Positions 30,129 to 38,222 of a stretch of DNA of 57,366 bases are shown here, piece by piece. The position numbers and the translations under genes were made by a program. Numbering within the stretch: position 1 is the stretch's first letter; the number at the start of each line of letters is the position of its first letter. The notes beneath the pieces were generated by a model. That model did no database searches and was not told the origin of the DNA. It was given only the letters and a program-made list of their open reading frames with translations. Source of the stretch: an uncultured delta proteobacterium (lineage in GTDB: Bacteria > Desulfobacterota > RBG-13-43-22); contig CAVQFQ010000014.1 of assembly GCA_963711835.1 (NCBI GenBank), positions 1 through 57,366 of the forward strand, written 5' to 3'.

Positions 30129-32021
30129 TTAAATCGTCAGGCGGGCTTCGGGAAGGATTTGATTGAGGTAACTTCGAAGTTCACTTAGTTGGCCGTTGGT
30201 GGAAAGTTCGGCCAGTTTTTCTAAGGCCGTATGGACCTCCTGTTCGGTATAGGGCTTAATGGGGCCGATAAAGATCTTGGGATGGCGGGTCTTGGTCAGA
30301 CCCTCTGCACTACTCTGTAATTCCTCAAAGAGCTTCTCGCCAGGCCGCAATCCCGTCATAACGATATCAATGTCTTCATAGGGCTTCAGACCGGACAGGC
30401 TAATCATTTCTCTGGCCAGGTCAATAATTCTAACCGGCTCCCCCATATCCAAGACAAAAATCTCCCCGCCCTCCCCCATAGCCCCGGCCTGGAGGACCAA
30501 CTGACTGGCTTCGGGGATGGTCATAAAATAGCGCACCATATCGGGATGGGTTACCGTAACCGGTCCACCCTTTTTTATCTGTTCCCGGAAAATGGGAATA
30601 ACCGATCCTGAAGACCCTAAGACATTACCAAAACGGACGGCAATATAATGGGTCTGAAAATGCCCGTTCATGTTCTGGATCACTAATTCGGCCAGGCGTT
30701 TGGAAGCCCCCATGACCGATGTCGGGTTGACCGCCTTGTCGGTGGAAATAAGCACAAAAACCTCCAGCCCAAATTTTCCTGCCGTTTGGGCTAAAGACCA
30801 GGTGGCCAAGGTATTGTTTTTTATTGCTTCCGAGCAATTAAGCTCCATCATGGGCACATGTTTGTGGGCGGCGGCATGAAAAAGGACTTGGGGACCATAA
30901 TGGGCAAACAGGGAACCCATTCTTTGCTTATCGCCTATATCGGCGACCAGCGGGACGATGGACACTTTCGGCCATTTCTGGCGCAGTTCCCGATCTATCT
31001 CAAAAAGGACAAATTCAGCCCTTTCGACCAGCAGTAGACTGGCCGGTTTAAACTTGACGATCTGGCGGCAGAGCTCCGATCCGATAGAACCCCCCGCCCC
31101 GGTGACCATAACCTTTTTCCCGGCTAAAAAGTGATCGACAATCTCTTCCTCCAAGTGCACCGGTTCCCGTCCCAACAAATCCTCAATTTCCACATCCCGG
31201 ATCTGGCTGACCTGAACCTTTCCCTGGAGGATTTCATAAAGGCCGGGGATAATGCGAACCTTGACCGAGATCTCCTCGCAGATTTTAACAATCCGCCTGA
31301 GTTCTGTCCGGGATCCCCGGGCAATGGTGATAATTACCTGATCAATACCAAACTTATTGACCAAATAAGGAAGGTCCTTGGTCGGCCCGAGGACCTCTAC
31401 CCCGTGAATTGTTTGCCTTCTTTTTCCCGGGTCATCATCCACAAAACCTTTGATATCCAGCTCCATTTCCGGTCTTCGGTGAATTTCCCTGACGGCCAGG
31501 ACCCCTGCTTGCCCGGCGCCTACCAGAAGGGCGGGAATACGCTTTTGCGAATTTAGGACACCCCCAATATGATTTTTCTCATAATTTTCATAAAGTTGGC
31601 GGCGCAGAATCCGTAACCCCAGGGTGCCGCCGGATCCCAACAACGAGCTGATCAAAATAATGGAAATAGGGACCCGCCAATCCGACAGACTATCCGGCAA
31701 AGCAAATCGCAGGATTAACAGAATAAGAACCGAAACGATTCCGGCCTTCCAAAAAACCCGGATGTCCTGCAGGCCGGTATAACGCCAGATAAAGGAATGG
31801 GCCCCGCTCACATACAGGGCCCCAAATTGGATCAAGATAACCAGGGGCAGTTGGCAGAAAAAGAAGGCCCGTTGGTTTTCGGAAAGATTAAATTCAAACC
31901 GGAGTTGATAGGCCAAATAAAAGGCTCCGCCTAAGATCAGGATGTCCAGGAGGAACCGGACCTGCCTGGTTAATAAAGGAGCCCAAAGGCGTTTTTTCCA
32001 TGAAGAGGGATTAAAGGTCAT
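30129..32021 (-). CDS. Membrane UDP-sugar 4,6-dehydratase (PglF/CapD/WbpM family)
   Basis: N-terminal TMs, GAGQAG, EDLLGR, TGAGGSIGSEL, HAAAHKHVP, STDKAV, RFGNVLGS, GLRPGEKL. Confidence 0.95.
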   Translation of the reverse strand: MTFNPSSWKKRLWAPLLTRQVRFLLDILILGGAFYLAYQLRFEFNLSENQRAFFFCQLPLVILIQFGALYVSGAHSFIWRYTGLQDIRVFWKAGIVSVLILLILRFALPDSLSDWRVPISIILISSLLGSGGTLGLRILRRQLYENYEKNHIGGVLNSQKRIPALLVGAGQAGVLAVREIHRRPEMELDIKGFVDDDPGKRRQTIHGVEVLGPTKDLPYLVNKFGIDQVIITIARGSRTELRRIVKICEEISVKVRIIPGLYEILQGKVQVSQIRDVEIEDLLGREPVHLEEEIVDHFLAGKKVMVTGAGGSIGSELCRQIVKFKPASLLLVERAEFVLFEIDRELRQKWPKVSIVPLVADIGDKQRMGSLFAHYGPQVLFHAAAHKHVPMMELNCSEAIKNNTLATWSLAQTAGKFGLEVFVLISTDKAVNPTSVMGASKRLAELVIQNMNGHFQTHYIAVRFGNVLGSSGSVIPIFREQIKKGGPVTVTHPDMVRYFMTIPEASQLVLQAGAMGEGGEIFVLDMGEPVRIIDLAREMISLSGLKPYEDIDIVMTGLRPGEKLFEELQSSAEGLTKTRHPKIFIGPIKPYTEQEVHTALEKLAELSTNGQLSELRSYLNQILPEARLTI

Positions 32022-32731
32022 ATTTTGTTCTTCCTGGTCTCCCATTTACCCTGAAAGCTGATCCAAAAGGATAATAAGATAAGTCGAAGGTCCAGCCAGG
32101 ATGACTGCTTGCGAATATAAAGGAGGTCATAACGAAATTTTCGATAGGGGGACGAATCCTTGGGGAGATAGATGGTGGCCAGGCTGGTCAGACCGGGGCG
32201 GACCTTCAGCCGCTCCCAGAAAATAGGCATATCCTCGTAACGAATGATTTTTCCGTTCTCATCCTTTATGATTTCTCCAACCGCCAGGGACCGGGGACCG
32301 ACAAAGCTCATTTCCCCGGTTATGATATGGATAATTTGGGGCAACTCATCCAATCCCATATTTCGCAACAACCGCCCAACCCTGGTGATCCGGTGATCGT
32401 TTTCTTCGGCCGGCCGGATGCCATAGAGCTGATCTGAATGGGCCACCATGGTCCGGAATTTTAAAGCCCGGAATTTCCGGCCTTTCCGCCCCCAGCGTGC
32501 CTGACGATAAAAAACCGGCCCGCCGTCCTCAATCTTGATGGCCAGGACAATAGCCATTGACACCGGAAAGGCCAGAACAATCATGATTCCAGCAAAAAAC
32601 AGGTCCATAATTCGCTTTATGATGGGTTCGCTGATAGAATCTTTGGCTTTTAAAACCAACCTCTGGGAAGAGGCTCGGAAAGCGGGGTAAGCTATGGCAA
32701 CCTTCTGATTAATATGTTTATTGATTTTCAT
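32018..32731 (-). CDS. Bacterial sugar transferase (phosphoglycosyl transferase)
   Basis: KRIMD, KFRTM, LDELPQ, GEMSFVGPR, RPGLT, YDLLY. Confidence 0.93.
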   Translation of the reverse strand: MKINKHINQKVAIAYPAFRASSQRLVLKAKDSISEPIIKRIMDLFFAGIMIVLAFPVSMAIVLAIKIEDGGPVFYRQARWGRKGRKFRALKFRTMVAHSDQLYGIRPAEENDHRITRVGRLLRNMGLDELPQIIHIITGEMSFVGPRSLAVGEIIKDENGKIIRYEDMPIFWERLKVRPGLTSLATIYLPKDSSPYRKFRYDLLYIRKQSSWLDLRLILLSFWISFQGKWETRKNKI

Positions 32732-32825
32732 AAGTCGGTCTGGATCCGTGGGGGGATTACTTTTTAGCTGGTGGAAAGTCCAAACTAGAGCGCGTATTCC
32801 GCCCCATCCGTGGCAAACTTTTCAT

Positions 32826-33100
32826 CGTTAAAAGCAGCCCGTATTTTTACCGATTTTGTCCTTAAGACGAAATCGGTAGATGACGCGGTTAAAGCTGAGG
32901 GGACGGGTTTGGCTCCGCAAAGTCGCGGAGGCAAAATGTTTATTCAGGTCCGTAGTGGTCAAGTTCTCCGCCTTGGCGGAGAACGGGCGGTTAAAAAAGC
33001 ATTAAAAGACTTTGGAACCGCCCGCTCATCACGCCTTGGCGTGATTCGCTTGATTACCGGGACCCCGCCTCGGTTCCCTCCGCGGGGCCGGCGCCGGCAG
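32826..33100. repeat. Composite hairpin repeat block A
   Basis: Contains the 33-bp palindrome (32847-32879), GTCCGTAGTGGTCAAGT unit (32948) and 26-bp CCCCGCCTCGGTTCCCTCCGCGGGGC unit (33063), all recurring downstream. Confidence 0.85.
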
Positions 33101-33199
33101 ACAATTCTTTTGCTCTTAAGCGATTTTCCTTAAGGGCAACCCCATCTCTTGCCGGAGGCGGCCTAAGCCATAACCGCGTAATCCGTTCTAATAAATATT

Positions 33200-33856
33200 T
33201 TAGGCCAGGCATTTAATCAAGAATTTTTCATAACGGTGTTTTAGGGTTAAGGTCCAGGGAGGATCATTGTCCAGGCCCATCAGGCCATGGACCAGCCGGT
33301 AATAGACTATTTTGCTGATTTCCAAAGCCACTGGGACTCGGCTTTGCCCTTCCCGCCACCAGCCCTGCCCTTCCCAAGGCAAATCCGAGGAAACAAAATA
33401 GAATTTTACCCGAGAGTCTTTTAAGACCTGCCGGAAAGTCCAGCGGACCCGTTTTAGGTGATACGGATCGCTGATCACGATGGCCGAGCGTACTCCGGAA
33501 AAAGGTAGCATGGCCTTCACAGCCAGGGCTTCCTGATACGTAGTCATTGGCCCTTCGGCCAGAGCTATATGCTTCTCCGGAATTCCCAATTGGGCCAGGT
33601 CCTTTTTGTCCTTCCCGGCGGTTAGGATGACCTTTGGAGCCAGGCCTTGATGATAAAGTTCCGCTGCCTTTTTTACCCTTTCCGAGCCATTCAGGCAAAC
33701 AATCACATCCACTTTCCCCGGTCGGTCTGCTTCGGCTACCCATAATCCGGCCATCGTAAAAGCTCTTAAGCCTGCCAAGATAAAAACCGCCGCCATTGAA
33801 AAGATTAGAAGCCATCTTGTTTTTTTAAATATCTTAAGCACGGCAATCTTCATCAC
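33200..33856 (-). CDS. YdcF/DUF218 family protein
   Basis: N-terminal TM, DVIVCL.G..ERV..A..LY, TTYQEA, ISDPYHLKR. Confidence 0.88.
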   Translation of the reverse strand: MMKIAVLKIFKKTRWLLIFSMAAVFILAGLRAFTMAGLWVAEADRPGKVDVIVCLNGSERVKKAAELYHQGLAPKVILTAGKDKKDLAQLGIPEKHIALAEGPMTTYQEALAVKAMLPFSGVRSAIVISDPYHLKRVRWTFRQVLKDSRVKFYFVSSDLPWEGQGWWREGQSRVPVALEISKIVYYRLVHGLMGLDNDPPWTLTLKHRYEKFLIKCLA

Positions 33857-33860
33857 CTTT

Positions 33861-34123
33861 ACCTCGATGTTGCAAAAGTTTCGGAGGTTGCAGATTCGAG
33901 GCGTCTAGGGCGAAGCCGTATATGCATACTGCGAGTCCTGGACAATCCCGCCGCGGCGGGACGGCCTCCCAAACTTTCCCGAAGGGTAAAAATTGATCGA
34001 TTTTTTATTAAAATCCAAACCTCACCTGGGGTGACTTTTGGCACCGGCGCTGAAATCATCAGAACAAGCCGTTTTAATTGACAAAAAATACTTCATCGAT
34101 CAATTTTTATGCAACTTCGAGGT
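33861..34123. mobile_element. MITE-like element
   Basis: Terminal IR ACCTCGA(T/A)GTTGCA; internal 15-bp IR TAAAAATTGATCGAT (33987/34095) and TCCCGCCGCGGCGGGA hairpin. Confidence 0.6.
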
Positions 34124-34239
34124 TTATAAGCACAGATCATAGCATTTTATTCCAGGAGAGAATTGGGGTCAAATTTGGAGAAATTCATATTTTGGGGTGA
34201 GGGAAATTGACGGATCTTCGGGTCTGGTTGAAGGTATTA

Positions 34240-34485
34240 TCAAAGTTTTCCCTGAAGCCAATGTTGGAATTCTTCCAAAGAAATATCCAGATCTTTGCTT
34301 ATGGCCTCCACCAGGGGAGCCGGATATTTTTTTGTACTTCCGTGCCTGACATGAACCACAAAAGGCTTTCGGGTCCGGGTAAGTCCGATCCATTTGTTAT
34401 TCCGGAAAACAAGGGATCCAGGGAGGGAAAAGTTCTCCAGAAATCGTTGGAATTGCCTCGGATTCAATTCCGGGAACCTGCTCAA
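34240..34485 (-). CDS. HicA-like toxin
   Basis: MSRFPELNPRQFQRFLE..VVHVRHG..Y..PLVEAI.KDLDISLEEF; downstream of hicB. Confidence 0.75.
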   Translation of the reverse strand: MSRFPELNPRQFQRFLENFSLPGSLVFRNNKWIGLTRTRKPFVVHVRHGSTKKYPAPLVEAISKDLDISLEEFQHWLQGKL

Positions 34486-34703
34486 ACAGCGACCTCGATA
34501 AGACGCAGATCCGTTCCCGGCACCGTCACTTGAAAGATCTCTTCTTCTCCATACTCTTTGACCATTTCAAAGATCGCCTCTTGCAAATTCTGGAGGGCAT
34601 CCTCCGGTGTATTCCCGGTGGCCGTGGCCCTGATCCGTTCACATCGGGCCATAAAACCACCCTCTTCCAACGGAACAAGCAGAGCGGAAAGTTTATGTTT
34701 CAT
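34482..34703 (-). CDS. HicB-like antitoxin
   Basis: EEGGFMA.C...ATATGNTPEDALQNLQEAI. Confidence 0.88.
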   Translation of the reverse strand: MKHKLSALLVPLEEGGFMARCERIRATATGNTPEDALQNLQEAIFEMVKEYGEEEIFQVTVPGTDLRLIEVAV

Positions 34704-34810
34704 GGTTATTAAAACTCCTTATCTTTTTATGTCAAGATCCATAAGCATAAACAATATACCATAAAATTCCCTAATTGCCTATAACGTATTGATTATGATT
34801 ACCTTACTTA

Positions 34811-34889
34811 AAAACTGCCTTGAGCTAAAATGGATAGGTGCCCCTCTCGGCCCAATGCAATTTTGTTAAAAACCAGCCTGTCCCCTTTT
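34811..34889. repeat. 79-bp direct repeat, copy 1 (copy 2 at 35651-35729)
   Basis: 75/79 identical; ends in AAAAACCAGCCTGTCCCCTTTT; the two copies bracket a vapBC module. Confidence 0.92.
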
Positions 34890-34926
34890 AAATGTTCTAT
34901 AATGATATGGAAATTCGAGGGGCTCT

Positions 34927-35313
34927 TTACCACTCAACCCTTACCGGATATTTTGTTATAAGCGGATCGGGTGTAAGTAGGATCAGACTATGGGCAATTG
35001 ACTGGCAGATAAGTATCCGATCAAATGGATCTTTATGATACTCCGGCAAATGGACGAGCTGAATTACGGACAATTCATCTATGGCTATTGATTTTATATG
35101 GTGACGAAGGCGCCACTTAAGGATAAAGTCCTGCGCTGGTCCGGGTAAGGGCAGTTTTCCAATGTGGTTTTTAACAATGATTTCCCAGGCAGAGGCAGCA
35201 CTTAAATAAACTTCGTTTTCAGGATCCGTAAAAAGATGGCGCGCTTTATCCGATAGGTCGGCACTGCCGGACACAATCCACAGAAAGGTGCAGGTATCGA
35301 GAAGAAGCTTCAA
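34927..35313 (-). CDS. VapC PIN toxin
   Basis: LLLDTCTFLW, LSAASAWEI..K..GKL, HKDPFDRILICQ. Confidence 0.94.
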   Translation of the reverse strand: MKLLLDTCTFLWIVSGSADLSDKARHLFTDPENEVYLSAASAWEIIVKNHIGKLPLPGPAQDFILKWRLRHHIKSIAIDELSVIQLVHLPEYHKDPFDRILICQSIAHSLILLTPDPLITKYPVRVEW

Positions 35314-35315
35314 GC

Positions 35316-35558
35316 TTATTCATCACCACTAAATGGCGCAGTTATGTCAACCGGAAGCTCATCGAAGAAAGAGACCGGAACGCTGAATTTCCCTTTGGCC
35401 AAGCCTATGGGCCGCTTCTTTTGCCGACGAGCAGGAAGAGGCCGGATTTCGGCCACGGGTTGGTTTCTTCTGCACAGAATGATGGTTTCTCCCTGCTCCA
35501 CTTCTTCAAGATAATGAGACAGATGCGTTTTGGCTTCATGGATATTAAGTTTAATCAT
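35316..35558 (-). CDS. Phd/YefM antitoxin
   Basis: NIHEAKTHLS..L..VEQGE.IILCRRNQPVA. Confidence 0.93.
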   Translation of the reverse strand: MIKLNIHEAKTHLSHYLEEVEQGETIILCRRNQPVAEIRPLPARRQKKRPIGLAKGKFSVPVSFFDELPVDITAPFSGDE

Positions 35559-35615
35559 GGGTTCAGACTAAACTAACTAATAAACCAAGTCAAGTAGAAA
35601 AAGTGGACCCCAGGG

Positions 35616-35729
35616 CGGAGAACGGGTGGCAAAAAAAGACCTTTTTACCCAAAACTGCTTTGAGCTGAAATGGATAAGTGCCCCTCTCGGCTCAATGCAA
35701 TTTTGTTAAAAACCAGCCTGTCCCCTTTT
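35616..35729. repeat. Composite repeat block B
   Basis: 35616-35673 identical to 36628-36685 (58 bp); 35651-35729 matches 34811-34889. Confidence 0.92.
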
Positions 35730-35764
35730 TTAAAGTCGATTTTCAAATTATCGATTCCAGTCCC

Positions 35765-36058
35765 TTACGGTCTAAGAATGTTCAAGAGTTTGAGAGACGG
35801 TCCACTGGGATGCTTATCTCCGATCTCCCACTTCTGAATGGTGGAAAGGCTGGTATTGAGCACTGACGCCATAACTGCCTGACTGAGTCGATAACGTTCC
35901 CGCAGGGAACGAATCTGTTCTGCTGAATAAGCAGAAACCGGTTCAACACACAACACGTCATACTCACGCATCGTGCGTTTATCTATAAATCCGAGTTTAT
36001 GCAGGTCACGGGCAGTTTCATGAACCGCACCTAAAAGGCGGCTCTTATGCTTGTTCAC
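35765..36058 (-). CDS. HigA-like HTH antitoxin
   Basis: AVHETARDL..GFIDKRTMR, SQAVMA..LN.S.STIQKWE.G.K.PSGPSLKLL. Confidence 0.92.
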   Translation of the reverse strand: MNKHKSRLLGAVHETARDLHKLGFIDKRTMREYDVLCVEPVSAYSAEQIRSLRERYRLSQAVMASVLNTSLSTIQKWEIGDKHPSGPSLKLLNILRP

Positions 36059-36426
36059 GCTTCATGTTCGACCTCCACCAAAGAACCTTCTCCTATGGCA
36101 ACAGCAATTTGCACCGCTGTCAGGCCAAGAAGGTCTTTTGCCAGCTTCTTCAAAGTTGCCAGTTCATTTTCTGAAATGTTCACACGTTCGTTCTTTTCAA
36201 AACCAAATACAAAAAACCATCGGTCATTCCGGTTTGTCGCCAGTAATGTTCTCGTACTGCCGCGCTTGCCTCTCCCCGGCAAAGCAATGCGCTTTTTCAC
36301 AATCCCGCCGCCAAGATCAGCCTCCAGCAACCCTCGCTGAATTTCGAGAACAGCCATTTTCAGCAGCGAATCGGACAAACCGGACTTTCGCGCCCACCGT
36401 GCAAAATGACGAGTTTTAAAAATCAT
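36055..36426 (-). CDS. RelE/HigB-like toxin (toxin-first module)
   Basis: FKTRHFARWARK, ADLGGG.VKKRIA..GRGKRGSTRT, FGFEKNER.NI. Confidence 0.92.
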   Translation of the reverse strand: MIFKTRHFARWARKSGLSDSLLKMAVLEIQRGLLEADLGGGIVKKRIALPGRGKRGSTRTLLATNRNDRWFFVFGFEKNERVNISENELATLKKLAKDLLGLTAVQIAVAIGEGSLVEVEHEA

Positions 36427-36433
36427 CTTTTTT

Positions 36434-36464
36434 GTACTATACCACTAAGTGAAGTACTTGGCAA
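36434..36464 (-). promoter_or_regulatory. Sigma70 promoter with operator for the higBA-like module
   Basis: TTGCCA -17- TATAGT ending 9 nt before the ATG; GTACT..CACT.AGTG.AGTAC dyad. Confidence 0.7.
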
Positions 36465-36479
36465 GATAAAGAGAGCGGC

Positions 36480-36689
36480 CCCCGCCTCGGTTCCCTCCGC
36501 GGGGCAGGCCCGACGGGACGTTTGTTTCAGGTTCGCGGAAGCGACAGGCTGTTTTCTCGGCACAGGGTCGTGCCGAGAAAAAATATCGTCCGGTAGTTGT
36601 CCGTAGTGGTCAAGTGATCCGCCTTGACGGAGAACGGGTGGCAAAAAAAGACCTTTTTACCCAAAACTGCTTTGAGCTGAAATGGGTAA
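36480..36689. repeat. Composite hairpin repeat block C
   Basis: 26-bp unit (=33063), 61-bp CTCGGCAC hairpin unit (=38101, 5 mismatches), GTCCGTAGTGGTCAAGT unit, 58-bp unit (=35616). Confidence 0.92.
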
Positions 36690-36694
36690 AGGCA

Positions 36695-36845
36695 TTAAGA
36701 TGGGAGGGGAATGGGTTTGAGTTTATGCCTTATTAGCCTAGTTGCCAGCAAGAAAAGGATAAACCAAAAAATCAATGCGGTTAAAACGGCAGTTAGTCCC
36801 AAATGTTTCACTCCCATTACACTTACGCCTACCATTATTTGTGAT
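36695..36845 (-). pseudogene. Possible C-terminal fragment of a MraY/WecA(WbpL)-like transferase
   Basis: QIMVGVSVMGVKHLGLTAVLTALIFWFILFLLATRLIRHKL..* hydrophobic tail with no start, collinear with the fragment at 37756. Confidence 0.4.
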
Positions 36846-36945
36846 CATCCCCTTTGGCCTTGAAGCGGTGGGGGCGCCCTTCCACCCGAACATGAAGACC
36901 CTGGGTTCTGATCCAGCCATTTCTAATCTTTTTTGCACCAGGTAA

Positions 36946-37347
36946 TCAGGCGGGAAGACACACGAATCCTTGTTCTTTGAAATGCTTGTCAAGGGTGAAG
37001 GCAGTTGTAACCCCCAAAAGCCGCATGGTTTCAAAACTCACGCAATCAACAAGACTCAGCTTTTTCCTCACAGCGGAAAGCATGATTCCCATGGCAGCCT
37101 GATGCACAGCTTTGTCAATCCATTCAATCCGGAGGACAGGAACAATATCTTCCTGAAACACCTTTATCGCTGTCAAGCCTAAACGGTTCTGCACGAGGGC
37201 GCATGTTTCCACAAGAACATAGTTGGTTGTTACAAGGTCTTCCTCGGACGTCAAAATATCCATCCAAATTTTTACTGCTTCGGTATGACTCGCGTCGTCC
37301 TTGTCCAGGACCGCAATGAATCCCGACGTATCGATAAAAATACTCAT
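36946..37347 (-). CDS. VapC PIN toxin
   Basis: IFIDTSGFIA..D..H, TTNYVLVET, LSLVDCVSF, FTLDKHF. Confidence 0.94.
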   Translation of the reverse strand: MSIFIDTSGFIAVLDKDDASHTEAVKIWMDILTSEEDLVTTNYVLVETCALVQNRLGLTAIKVFQEDIVPVLRIEWIDKAVHQAAMGIMLSAVRKKLSLVDCVSFETMRLLGVTTAFTLDKHFKEQGFVCLPA

Positions 37348-37592
37348 TCGCCGAAGGCCTCTGTTAGATAAGAGTCGTGAGAAACGGCCAGGTCCTTAAC
37401 GCCGGACCTGAAGTGTCCGGCAGCCGCCATCGCTCTTCTCCGACGCTGCCTATCTCCCCCCCCCTGCTGTGCCTTGCCAAAAAAATCAACAGCCTGCCTG
37501 ATAATCTCAGCCATTGATTTATGTTGGGCTACGGCCATTTTTTTCAGCATGGCCACCTGTTCTTCCGGTAACTGTATCTGTGTTCTTACCAT
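37344..37592 (-). CDS. Ribbon-helix-helix (CopG) antitoxin
   Basis: MVRTQIQL, SMAEIIRQAVD, FRSG..DLA..HD.YL. Confidence 0.9.
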   Translation of the reverse strand: MVRTQIQLPEEQVAMLKKMAVAQHKSMAEIIRQAVDFFGKAQQGGGDRQRRRRAMAAAGHFRSGVKDLAVSHDSYLTEAFGE

Positions 37593-37755
37593 ATAGGCCT
37601 CCTGTCAGTGATTACACTCACCAAAAATATGATAACAGTTAGGCAACAACCTGTCAAATCGTATTTAGCCAAAGATAAAAACGGATAACAAAGGATTAAA
37701 TCAAATATCTTCTTCACGCCCGCATTTCTCGGATCGTTTCTTCCCACTCGGCCAT

Positions 37756-37872
37756 TAAAACCAGGCCGCAGGCCCCGGCAATTCCGGCCATACCTTTTAT
37801 GGCATCCATGAAGTTGTAAAGGTTGGCTGTCCCCACTACAAAAATCACCCAAAATATAAATAAAAGAACCGA
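37756..37872 (-). pseudogene. Internal fragment of a MraY/WecA(WbpL)-like glycosyltransferase
   Basis: LFIFWVIFVVGTANLYNFMDAIKGMAG, a decayed N.YNFMDGIDG.A signature. Confidence 0.7.
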
Positions 37873-37889
37873 CGGAAATCAATGACAGC

Positions 37890-38193
37890 GGGACACTTTT
37901 TGCCGCCGTAGGCGGCGGCGTTTTTTGCCAGCGCAGTGTCGCGGTGGCAAAATATCCCCTTTCGTCCGGTAGTCGTCCGTAGTGGTCAAGTGACTCCGCC
38001 CCAGCGGAGGAACGGGCGGTTAAAAAAACTTAAGGCCTTTGGAACCGCCCGTCCGCTCAAGGCGGACCTGATTACCGGGATAAAAACGGACATTATCCAA
38101 GTTCGCGGAAGTGACAGACTGTTTTCTCGGCACAGCGTCGTGCCGAGAAAAAATAGTGTCCTATTTTGTCCTTGAGACGGTATCGGTAGATGA
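37890..38193. repeat. Composite hairpin repeat block D
   Basis: GTCCGTAGTGGTCAAGT unit (37975), GGGCGGTT..AACCGCCC stem, 61-bp unit (38101), partial 33-bp palindrome (38163). Confidence 0.9.
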
Positions 38194-38222
38194 AACCTTT
38201 TGAACCTGTAACTATAATATCT

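Noticed and set aside
32810-33133. ORFs over repeat blocks (also 36406-36644, 37936-38175, 29809-30188)
   Set aside because: They translate the hairpin repeats and have no RBS or protein-like features
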